Origin: an uncultured virus (IMG/VR IMGVR_UViG_3300006752_004376) | Lineage: Duplodnaviria > Heunggongvirae > Uroviricota > Caudoviricetes | Virus record (IMG/VR): IMGVR_UViG_3300006752_004376 | DNA length: 64,000 nucleotides | Strand: one strand, 5' to 3' | Shown here: in pieces, positions 55,636 through 64,000 of the stretch | Numbering within the stretch: position 1 is the stretch's first letter | How the letters are laid out: each line of letters opens with the position of its first letter | The notes under the pieces: generated by a model | Database searches by the model: none | Told to the model about the DNA's origin: nothing | The model's input: the letters and a program-made list of their open reading frames with translations, nothing else | Made by a program: the position numbers and the translations under genes

Positions 55636-56807
55636 TCAAAATGTTCCTTTAGTTCTGGTACTGCTTTTACTACACTGTCGCCTCGCATTTTATCTAAGTC
55701 ATTTGTAAAATTAATAAAAGTTTCCCATAGTTCTGGGTTAAATGTTCTTTTCTTCATACTCTCAACTAGCTTATCAAAATCTTCAAATAGAGATAAATTT
55801 TTAATTGCTTTATCTCGTAAATCATCTGGTAAGTTTAAAGGGCTTAAATATGCAGGCTTGTTACAAATTGTAGTAAAGCTACTATTAGCACTTACTCTCT
55901 CGTATTTATCTTCCATTTCATGAAGGAAAAAATGCAAGTCAGGTAAATTAAAAACATTATAATTTTGTAATGTAACATTAAACATAATTTGTACATTTGG
56001 TAGTTTGTCATATTCTGACAACGTATATTCAAAATCTTCTAATTCGTATTTTCCACCTCTAATGTATCTATACAATTCACCAGTACCTTCTATACTGAAA
56101 CATATACTAACACGCTTAAATTGTTTTAGCAATGATAAAATCTTTGGATTTTGTACTGTGCCATTAGTAGTATAAAATAATTCTACATCAGTCATATCTT
56201 CTTCAATTAACCATTGTAAAAATTGATTATGATGTTTAGCCATCATAGGCTCTCCGCCTTTGAAGTCAATACGTTTTACATTTTTTAAATGGGGTAACAT
56301 ATTCCGTAAGTCTTCTAGCTTATATTGTTGTAAAGGAACAGCTCTCTCATTTTTCTCATAACGCTTATCTATTTTTGCTAAGGCTATTTCTTCATCAAAC
56401 CAACTATTACTTGCCCAACTTCCACACATACGACATTTTAAGTTACATACATTTGATAAGTTAATATCTGCTTGATAAAAGTTTGGGCTAGGAACGTTAA
56501 ATGTTGTAGGTTTATTTCCATTTATAAAATCTGCATCAGCTTTCATAAACTTTTTATTAAACCATAAACGTCTGCTTTGTCCTACTAAATCTTCTCTCTC
56601 CCAACAACTGTTGCAAGCACTAGGTTGCTCACCTTTAAGAAACTGTTTTCTTAATTCTTGCATACGCTCACTATTATAGTTTTCCATAATAGTTTCATGT
56701 TGAGTATTAGGTAAACGTCCTTTGTTACTAAATTGACAGCAAGGTTTAATATCGCCATTAGCACTTAGCGTGATAGCGTTCCACGGCATATGACAAAATT
56801 TATCCAT
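55632..56807 (-). CDS. Radical SAM protein with N-terminal SPASM/twitch domain
   Basis: CNLKCRMC, GGEP; FCHMPW..PCC..CNSC. Confidence 0.9.
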   Translation of the reverse strand: MDKFCHMPWNAITLSANGDIKPCCQFSNKGRLPNTQHETIMENYNSERMQELRKQFLKGEQPSACNSCWEREDLVGQSRRLWFNKKFMKADADFINGNKPTTFNVPSPNFYQADINLSNVCNLKCRMCGSWASNSWFDEEIALAKIDKRYEKNERAVPLQQYKLEDLRNMLPHLKNVKRIDFKGGEPMMAKHHNQFLQWLIEEDMTDVELFYTTNGTVQNPKILSLLKQFKRVSICFSIEGTGELYRYIRGGKYELEDFEYTLSEYDKLPNVQIMFNVTLQNYNVFNLPDLHFFLHEMEDKYERVSANSSFTTICNKPAYLSPLNLPDDLRDKAIKNLSLFEDFDKLVESMKKRTFNPELWETFINFTNDLDKMRGDSVVKAVPELKEHFE

Positions 56808-57363
56808 TTGGCCAATCCGTCTGTATAGGGTCTATACTTAATTCGTTAACATTTAAATGGTACGGCATATTAATTACATACTCAATCATATCTACTGCAT
56901 CATTTAATAACATTACTTTTCTACCTGGGTGTTTATGTGCGTTATTTTCTAACGTACCAAACGAAATATAACTTACTTTAGGACCACCTGCCCAAATGCT
57001 TTTTAAACCTAATGCATTGCTTGTACTACGCAATGCTTTCTTTTCTTGCTGATAATGCCAATCGCTACCTTTGGTAGCTCTGTCAGTCGTACTTCCTAAA
57101 CTAACAATATGTAGTCGTTTTAGGTTCTTTAAAGCATTTTTATAGACTGTATCTAGTATCAAAGTTTGATGATACTGCCATAGTGCAGAACAGTTAATAA
57201 AGACGTCATAATTAAGCGTCTTTTCTGCTAATTTACGTTTATAGCTATCTTGACACAAATCGTAGCCCCAATCGGTTCTATTAACAAATGTTGTATCTGG
57301 CCAACGTTCTGCAATTGATGATGCAACGCCAAACTCTGGATTACCAGTTGCTATTATTTTCAT
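56800..57363 (-). CDS. Short SDR-like oxidoreductase
   Basis: IIATG, DVFIN, SLGS, YQQEK (YxxxK). Confidence 0.75.
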   Translation of the reverse strand: MKIIATGNPEFGVASSIAERWPDTTFVNRTDWGYDLCQDSYKRKLAEKTLNYDVFINCSALWQYHQTLILDTVYKNALKNLKRLHIVSLGSTTDRATKGSDWHYQQEKKALRSTSNALGLKSIWAGGPKVSYISFGTLENNAHKHPGRKVMLLNDAVDMIEYVINMPYHLNVNELSIDPIQTDWPNG

Positions 57364-57376
57364 TTATCTCACTTAC

Positions 57377-58042
57377 TTAAAATTTAATTTTATAGATATC
57401 TTCAAAAGCTGGTTTTGGATACGGACTAATTCCATACGGATATGGAATCTCTCTTGGTTGATCGTTTCTAGGATCTATATACTTAGGCCATTTTGTATCT
57501 TGCCCAGTAACAGCATCTATTGTATTACGTCTACCTACGCCAATAAGCAAATCAGTTGAGCCGTTTGTTCCAAGTAATCTTGCTGTTCCGCTACGACTTC
57601 TAACACACTGGCATAAACCCGTGTCCCATCCTCTTGATGTTAAGCCATATAAGAATGACAATGCGGCCATACCAATTTCAATATTATCTGTATTAGCAAT
57701 GCCATCTTCTACTCTTTTTTCTATAGTTTGATACCTAGTTTCAGCTTCTACTACATCACGTTTACTAAAAACTAATAATGTAGGTGCTAATACTTGTGGG
57801 TTCCCTTTATCTTCATCAATGCCAAAGTCTGTATTTCTATGACATCCTATATGAAGGTCTTTACGTTGTTGATAATCAGTGTTTCTGATTACTTCTACAA
57901 TGTAAGGAATCTTTCTATTTTTACTAGGGCAATATTTGTGAACTTCTTCACATACTTCCTGAATTACCTCTTTTGGGATTAATTCATCTGTCCAACTAAA
58001 TGTTGTACTTCTGCTTGATATAATGTCTATCCATTTTTCCAT
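57377..58042 (-). CDS. Nitroreductase-family flavoprotein
   Basis: RSTTFSW, PSKNRKIPY, IGMAA, GWDTGLC. Confidence 0.75.
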   Translation of the reverse strand: MEKWIDIISSRSTTFSWTDELIPKEVIQEVCEEVHKYCPSKNRKIPYIVEVIRNTDYQQRKDLHIGCHRNTDFGIDEDKGNPQVLAPTLLVFSKRDVVEAETRYQTIEKRVEDGIANTDNIEIGMAALSFLYGLTSRGWDTGLCQCVRSRSGTARLLGTNGSTDLLIGVGRRNTIDAVTGQDTKWPKYIDPRNDQPREIPYPYGISPYPKPAFEDIYKIKF

Positions 58043-58074
58043 GACTATCTCCTAAGTTACATCACTATTTATGG

Positions 58075-59298
58075 CTATACATAGCTTTTGAATTCTGGAC
58101 ATACATCTAGTAAATTCCCTTTTTGTAACTCGTCTGCTTTCATATTAAAATCAACAAATTCTTTCCAACGTTTTTCATGCCAATCTTCTGCCCACATATA
58201 CTTAATTGTATCTGCTACTTTTGGTATGTCTAAATATGGCTGTAATCTCTTTTGTGCTAAATGTTTTAATGTTTCTGGAAGTACTCGTATATTCATACTT
58301 TCCGGGTGATTGAGAATATTTAAATATATATCTTTGTTTGGAACTCCTTTATGTTCTGCCCAATCAAATAGTTCACTCATAGCACACATGTTTAATGCTT
58401 GTACTGTACAATGTATCTGTATATCAACATTTGGCATGGCATTTAACTTATCAAAGTTTTCTTCTACTTTTGCCCAGCTACTAGGATAACGAATATACCT
58501 ATCCCTTGCACCAGTTGCATCAATACTTGTATTAAGTTGTACACCTTTAAAATGATGCCAATAGTCTACCATCTTTTGTGGAATGTTTGTAAGATTAGTA
58601 TTGTATTTTAATTTAATATTACTAGCTAATTCATTTTCAATACAATAATCAAATAATGCGTACTGTGAAGTTGCTAATGTTGGTTCACCTCCAGTTAAAT
58701 ATATTTCTTCAATAGTACTTGCTATTTCAACAAAATTTAATCCAGTTTGTTTACGGTCTGGCCATTGTTGCATAATTTCCATATATTCAAAGTTTTCTTT
58801 ACTTAATGGCTCATTGGGTGCAAGCTCTGCTGTATGAACAATTTGATTCCAATCTTTTACCCATTTACTAGAACTCCATGGATTACACATTCTACATTTT
58901 AAGTTACACAAATTACCTAATCGTAAATCAACATAACGTATATCTAATGGTATTTGTTTTTCTACTTTAATATCATTCTTTAACCATTTTTCATTATATC
59001 CAATACGTGGACTACGAATACCTGCATCTTCTTCACGGAAGCATCTTTGACAAGTTTCTGGCCGTTTGCCATCAATAAATTCTTGTCGTATATCTTGCAT
59101 CCATTTACTATTCCACATTTCATTAATGTCGTCTTTAAATATTCTATACGCTTTACCACTTCCGTCATCTTTTAATACTTTGTTGTTGGCAGGGTTACTA
59201 TTACAACAAACACGAAAGCCGCCGCCAGGATTAACTGCGGCATGCATAAATGGTAATACACAAAATGTATCGCTTGGTAATTTTTTACTCATCTTCAA
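58075..59298 (-). CDS. Radical SAM protein with N-terminal SPASM/twitch domain
   Basis: CNLKCRMC, GGEP; FCVLPF..VCC..CQRC. Confidence 0.92.
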   Translation of the reverse strand: MKMSKKLPSDTFCVLPFMHAAVNPGGGFRVCCNSNPANNKVLKDDGSGKAYRIFKDDINEMWNSKWMQDIRQEFIDGKRPETCQRCFREEDAGIRSPRIGYNEKWLKNDIKVEKQIPLDIRYVDLRLGNLCNLKCRMCNPWSSSKWVKDWNQIVHTAELAPNEPLSKENFEYMEIMQQWPDRKQTGLNFVEIASTIEEIYLTGGEPTLATSQYALFDYCIENELASNIKLKYNTNLTNIPQKMVDYWHHFKGVQLNTSIDATGARDRYIRYPSSWAKVEENFDKLNAMPNVDIQIHCTVQALNMCAMSELFDWAEHKGVPNKDIYLNILNHPESMNIRVLPETLKHLAQKRLQPYLDIPKVADTIKYMWAEDWHEKRWKEFVDFNMKADELQKGNLLDVCPEFKSYV

Positions 59299-60337
59299 AA
59301 AACTCCGGACAGGCTTGTTTAAAGTTTGAGCCTGATAGCTTATCCTTTAGAGCCATATGTTTTAATAATTCTTTATATTGTTCTTCATCGTATTTGTGTT
59401 CAGAAGTTATATTATATCTATCTCTTAGTTTAGCATTTAAACTAGCATATGTCAAATATTTTGGCCTATATATTTCCACACTATGACTAAACTCATACTT
59501 GTTTTTCTTTGCCCATTCTTCTGCTTCACTATGCTGAGCAGCATTAACTGCCATTGGAAGGAAATTAATTTTTAATGTAAAGTTATCGTTATGTGTTTCA
59601 ATTTTTTTAAATTGTTGTAAATTTTTCTCTACTTCTTTCCAGTTTGCACCTGCTCTAATATATTCAAATCTATCATACAATCCATCAATACTTACTATGA
59701 ATAAAACTCTTTTAAATGTTAGTAACATTTTAAGCATTTCTGCATCAACTGGAATTGTTCCATTTGTGATAATACTTAAACGCACTGCTGGAGATATTTC
59801 TTCGTCATATAATTTTTTAATAATCTTTCTTACATGTGGAATAAGGAATGGTTCGCCACCTGTAAATTTTAGATACTTTGTATCGTATAATTCTTCCATC
59901 ATTAATGGCAATATATCCTTATGCCATCCAGTTTTCATTTGTGCTTCTTTTTTAACAACTCCTAGCCATTCTTCTTCTGGATTGTTATTGACCATTGTTT
60001 GCCATTTACTACTGCTTACAGGGTTACACATAACACAAGTTAAGTTACAAGTATTGTGCAATTTTAAATCCCAATATTGAATTCCAGTCTTTCCTTCAAA
60101 CCATCTGTTAGCATCCATACGTAAACTATTACCTCCACGTTCTTCTTCTGCTTTACATTCATAACAATTAGGTAACCACTTAGTAAGACTTTCTTCATAC
60201 AATTGGTCAAATTCTTCTCGCCAACCTACGTCATTATAACGTTTGTCTAAATCTTGATTCATGTACATACAACAAGGCCTGACGTTACCGACAGGACCTA
60301 TTGTTACACCATTTTTAAACATCAAACATTTTGGCAT
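59285..60337 (-). CDS. Radical SAM protein with N-terminal SPASM/twitch domain
   Basis: CNLTCVMC, GGEP; KC..PCC..CYEC. Confidence 0.9.
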   Translation of the reverse strand: MPKCLMFKNGVTIGPVGNVRPCCMYMNQDLDKRYNDVGWREEFDQLYEESLTKWLPNCYECKAEEERGGNSLRMDANRWFEGKTGIQYWDLKLHNTCNLTCVMCNPVSSSKWQTMVNNNPEEEWLGVVKKEAQMKTGWHKDILPLMMEELYDTKYLKFTGGEPFLIPHVRKIIKKLYDEEISPAVRLSIITNGTIPVDAEMLKMLLTFKRVLFIVSIDGLYDRFEYIRAGANWKEVEKNLQQFKKIETHNDNFTLKINFLPMAVNAAQHSEAEEWAKKNKYEFSHSVEIYRPKYLTYASLNAKLRDRYNITSEHKYDEEQYKELLKHMALKDKLSGSNFKQACPEFFEDE

Positions 60338-61088
60338 AATTTTTATTAATTTCTTCCCTTTGATAATCGCTTATATCACCATCTAGTATCATATGAAATC
60401 TAGGCATATTTGCCCTATTCCATACTGAATGCTCGTACCCTGTATTAATTTTAAACATTGTACGATCTTTAAATGGCATTACTCCATAATCTTCCATAAC
60501 TAATTTACAAGGCTCTGGATTATTAAGAGAAACATTTGTTGCTCCTAGTCCTATTTTGCTATCTACATCTTTATGTGGTGCTATCCAGCCTCCTGGTAAT
60601 AATACTACAAAACGCACACGAGTATAACAGTCGTATAGTCCATTATTTTCCAACCAATTTTTAGTAATAGGACAGAACTTGGAAATGTCAGTCCAGTCAC
60701 TTAATTGTCTTTCAGAGAAGTCTGGCAATGAATAATCATGTGGTACACCAGTGTGTACACTACTCATTCCATATAAACATAAACTCATCCAGCCTCCCGA
60801 GTCTCCTCCTCTGTGTGCTTTAAAGCATCCTGTTCTTAATAATTGTTGTGCTTCTGCTTTCATACTTGGTGCAGGAAATTCTCCTTTGCATCCAATTTGT
60901 ACCCAGGGTACTTTAGTATTATCTCTTATGTAATCAATATCGTCATCTGAAGTTAATTGTACTTCATCGGCAAGAGATGGATTTTTATTAATTTCTTCAT
61001 ATACTGAAAAATGTTCTTCAGTACGTTCATCTACTTTTTTATACATATGTATATTTCTGTATGTTTCTACAGCCTGCATCATATCCAT
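60315..61088 (-). CDS. 2OG-Fe(II) oxygenase, Asp/Asn beta-hydroxylase-like
   Basis: IAPHKD, HSVWN, RFHMILD. Confidence 0.8.
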   Translation of the reverse strand: MDMMQAVETYRNIHMYKKVDERTEEHFSVYEEINKNPSLADEVQLTSDDDIDYIRDNTKVPWVQIGCKGEFPAPSMKAEAQQLLRTGCFKAHRGGDSGGWMSLCLYGMSSVHTGVPHDYSLPDFSERQLSDWTDISKFCPITKNWLENNGLYDCYTRVRFVVLLPGGWIAPHKDVDSKIGLGATNVSLNNPEPCKLVMEDYGVMPFKDRTMFKINTGYEHSVWNRANMPRFHMILDGDISDYQREEINKNYAKMFDV

Positions 61089-62473
61089 TTTCTCCTATTC
61101 ATATTTGTCATGTCATAATAATTTCCATTTAGATTACCATGGAAGTAAACTTTATTTGAAATATTTTGTACATCATTTATATACAAAATACTATTAAGCA
61201 CAGTATTTAATTTTTTACTAAAATAATTAGCTTCATATAAAAATATATTACTGCACTGTAGTAACACATTTTTATTATGTGGTAGCATATTTACTATTGT
61301 TTTATAATCCTCTACTATATTTACTACTTTAAATTGATGCTCTAAATTTTGTATCTTACTCCATAATGTTAGCCATTCTTGTTCACTTTCAAAACTATCT
61401 ATAAACTTTTCCCATGTACCATGTCCGTAAATAATTGAACCTGTGTATTCTAACCTATGCTCGTTAGCTTTAAAAAAATCATGAAAGTTTTTTCCATCCC
61501 ATTCGCGAATTAATATTTCTAACCATTTAACTGCATATGGACTAAAGTCTGTCCATAAAATTAATTCCATAGTATCAATGCTAGATTGAATATATTTAAA
61601 TTGATGTAATCCGCTACATGGACATACCATTACTTGTATGTCATCAACAGTAGTGTCCGGAACACTTTCGGTATTTAGAATATATAAATTAGTTTGATCT
61701 TGTACCTTAAATTCAAATAACGGTTTTTTGTCTGGGTAGGTTTGCATCATATCATATATAGGTTGCATATTATTAAATTTTTTATCTATCTCGCCTTCTG
61801 TCCATTGAATATCATCTTCGGGATATATACATGCTTTACAATTTCTTATATTATAATCTAAGTTAAAAACTTTTAGTCCTGCATCTAGCGACGATCGTAA
61901 TATATGATTGAATAAGTTATATGGTTTTTCTCCTTCAGTTTCTTGCCAACTACTATTTGGTATATAATTTTCTGATGCAGGTTGAATCCACTTAGGAGTA
62001 TAATTATCATGTAAGTATTCAGAACTTGCTTCATACTCACGTATTTTACAGTATAAGATTTTTGTAAGTTTTTGCAAATTAATAATAACACACTGATGAT
62101 GAAATATAGGATTCTGTCTTCCTGGTCTATCTAAAATATGCCCGGCACAACCCCATTCTTCTTTATCCCATTCTTCTACTGATTTTAATATTTCTTTGTC
62201 AATATCTGAATCATCAGGCCAACTACCTTCGGCCCAAACAACTGCTACTTTATATCCAAAATGACGTAAATTAGAAAGTGTTTCATCGAGAGTATCTAAA
62301 TCACAATCTACGACATAAGAACCTTCTGTAGAATTTTGAATGCCTATATTTGTCATAGTTTTTAAAATAGAAATATATTCATCAGATGCATTATTATTTA
62401 AATCTTCACAAATAACTTCTTCTAATGTTATATGACATACTTGTCTATCTCTTATGGAAAGTTTTGGTATCAT
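61079..62473 (-). CDS. Hypothetical protein, paralog of 62475..63752
   Basis: Shared GxWP, NTE, WxDF, WDG, SNI blocks. Confidence 0.7.
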   Translation of the reverse strand: MIPKLSIRDRQVCHITLEEVICEDLNNNASDEYISILKTMTNIGIQNSTEGSYVVDCDLDTLDETLSNLRHFGYKVAVVWAEGSWPDDSDIDKEILKSVEEWDKEEWGCAGHILDRPGRQNPIFHHQCVIINLQKLTKILYCKIREYEASSEYLHDNYTPKWIQPASENYIPNSSWQETEGEKPYNLFNHILRSSLDAGLKVFNLDYNIRNCKACIYPEDDIQWTEGEIDKKFNNMQPIYDMMQTYPDKKPLFEFKVQDQTNLYILNTESVPDTTVDDIQVMVCPCSGLHQFKYIQSSIDTMELILWTDFSPYAVKWLEILIREWDGKNFHDFFKANEHRLEYTGSIIYGHGTWEKFIDSFESEQEWLTLWSKIQNLEHQFKVVNIVEDYKTIVNMLPHNKNVLLQCSNIFLYEANYFSKKLNTVLNSILYINDVQNISNKVYFHGNLNGNYYDMTNMNRRKWI

Positions 62474-62474
62474 G

Positions 62475-63752
62475 TTATCCTATACTATCGTTAGTACTAT
62501 ATCCTAGTACACATTTAACATCACATGTTAAATTGTTATCATTTGGATCCGTTCCAAAAAACCAACAGTTATCTATTTGTTGTAATCTTACCATTAATTC
62601 AGCAAAACTACGCTCTAATGTAAATGGCTTGCTTATAGCCTTTAATAGTACATAACTGTATATGTTACTAGTCCAAAAAAATGTACTAGCATTGTTATCT
62701 AAAAGATCAGTTATTTTTTTGTGATTATGAATAATATCAGCTTCAATAAATTCATGTTTACATAGTTTTATTTGCATCCAAAAATCTAGCCAACTATCCA
62801 TTCCGTCGAACTGTTCTACTATATTTAGCCACTGTTTGTGTACGTCTTTTAACAACATAGAGTTAGCATCTGGATTATCTTTGCAATACTGTTCTACAAA
62901 CGCTGGATAGTCAAAACCGTCCCATTTTTCCACCATTAGACGCTTAAATTTAACGCTGTGTGCGTCGAAATCATACCAGACGAACTTTGTACTGTCTATA
63001 TCAAAACCGTAGTTATATGCGTTATATAGCAGTTTAAAACCTGCGGTTGTACCTACATATTGTTTGAAAAATACACCCTTTAGACGCTCATTATAGTCCT
63101 TTTCTAGTGGTTCTGTGTTAACAAAATATACTGGACTATTTGGTATATTTTTACGTTTAATTATAACTCTAGCACCCCATACAATGGTATCATCTGTATA
63201 CTCTTTTCCCATTAATCCATCTAAGAAATTCTGAGGATCAGTTTGTGGAGCTCCAACTACAATATTCTTTTGTATTGTAGGGCTTAATTCTACTGTACAA
63301 TCACCAAGCCAATTCTCTGCCCAAAACTGGTAGTTTCCAAAGTTAGGTGCTTTAGCTGGCCATGCAATAAATTCGTCTATGTTTAACAACATTAAACTAT
63401 CTAATGTTTTTGGATGCACGGCTGTAATCCAGTCTTTCTTTTCTAAACGTTTTATGTAGTTTAATATTTTCTTTTCAATGCCTTCTGATTTAGGCCAACA
63501 TCCATCAAACCAAAATGCAACATACTTATGCCCCATTTTTCTAACATGTTCGATCCAGTCAATACTAACAGTATTATATAGATTAACTATACTTGATGTC
63601 AAGTGATTATCACACTCTACTTGTTGTAATAGTAATAATCTTTGTTTCAATTCTTCATAGCCTCGAAGATGTGTGTTTCTTGGTATAAAAACATTTACGA
63701 CTTCACAATCACTTACATATTGATAATCCCAATTTTTTTGGCCTTTAATCAT
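62475..63752 (-). CDS. Hypothetical protein, paralog of 61079..62473
   Basis: Shared GxWP, NTE, WxDF, WDG, SNI blocks. Confidence 0.7.
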   Translation of the reverse strand: MIKGQKNWDYQYVSDCEVVNVFIPRNTHLRGYEELKQRLLLLQQVECDNHLTSSIVNLYNTVSIDWIEHVRKMGHKYVAFWFDGCWPKSEGIEKKILNYIKRLEKKDWITAVHPKTLDSLMLLNIDEFIAWPAKAPNFGNYQFWAENWLGDCTVELSPTIQKNIVVGAPQTDPQNFLDGLMGKEYTDDTIVWGARVIIKRKNIPNSPVYFVNTEPLEKDYNERLKGVFFKQYVGTTAGFKLLYNAYNYGFDIDSTKFVWYDFDAHSVKFKRLMVEKWDGFDYPAFVEQYCKDNPDANSMLLKDVHKQWLNIVEQFDGMDSWLDFWMQIKLCKHEFIEADIIHNHKKITDLLDNNASTFFWTSNIYSYVLLKAISKPFTLERSFAELMVRLQQIDNCWFFGTDPNDNNLTCDVKCVLGYSTNDSIG

Positions 63753-63945
63753 TCTTTACCTGTAGTTCTAGATCTTCTAATTTACTTCTAAGTTTGTCAA
63801 CAATTTTACTTGACACTTTTTCTTGTTCTGATACAAATATTACTTGTCTCATTCTTTCAATTTCTTTGAGTAGTTTTACGTTATTCATTATACTATCTCC
63901 TAAATCCTTGGAAGAACTTTTGTTCTTGGTCTTGAATTCTATCAT
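63745..63945 (-). CDS. Hypothetical coiled-coil protein
   Basis: ORF overlapping next gene; start uncertain. Confidence 0.55.
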   Translation of the reverse strand: MIEFKTKNKSSSKDLGDSIMNNVKLLKEIERMRQVIFVSEQEKVSSKIVDKLRSKLEDLELQVKND

Positions 63946-64000
63946 TGACTTTATCCATACCTTCTAATTTTAAACCAGTATGTTCTTTAATCATTGACTT

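Noticed and set aside
1..64000. Stop-codon reassignment explaining split genes
   Set aside because: Conserved genes are full length in the standard code, TAA, TAG and TGA all end genes, and the split halves are not separated by a single in-frame stop

Overview
AT-rich, gene-dense 64 kb segment of a large T4-like/jumbo phage genome. Evidence: family B DNA polymerase, gp44-like clamp loader, DsbA-like protein, GroES, SleB/GH73 lysins, sigma70-type promoters and T4-late-like TAAATA boxes. Host-like genes and low GC suggest a marine alphaproteobacterial host (inference). Main blocks: (1) 1-14 kb, probable head-packaged proteins sharing an N-terminal M-x-[ILV]-x-[ED]-[ILV] tag, including a CCA-adding enzyme, a second nucleotidyltransferase, a HAD nucleotidase and a nuclease; (2) eleven radical-SAM CxxxCxxC genes plus two stand-alone SPASM/twitch genes, eight with the SPASM domain at the N-terminus and two apparently split; (3) a divergent biosynthetic-like cluster with a mini adenylate-forming enzyme, desaturase, two TauD-like and two GNAT-like proteins, and sulfotransferase-like proteins; (4) an Fe-S/iron supply and PRPP salvage block; (5) a candidate pseudoknot RNA before queD; (6) a promoter family carrying an AAGA-NN-TCTT palindrome. 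No tRNA, rRNA or CRISPR array was recognised. All product calls come from motif recognition by eye; no searches were run.
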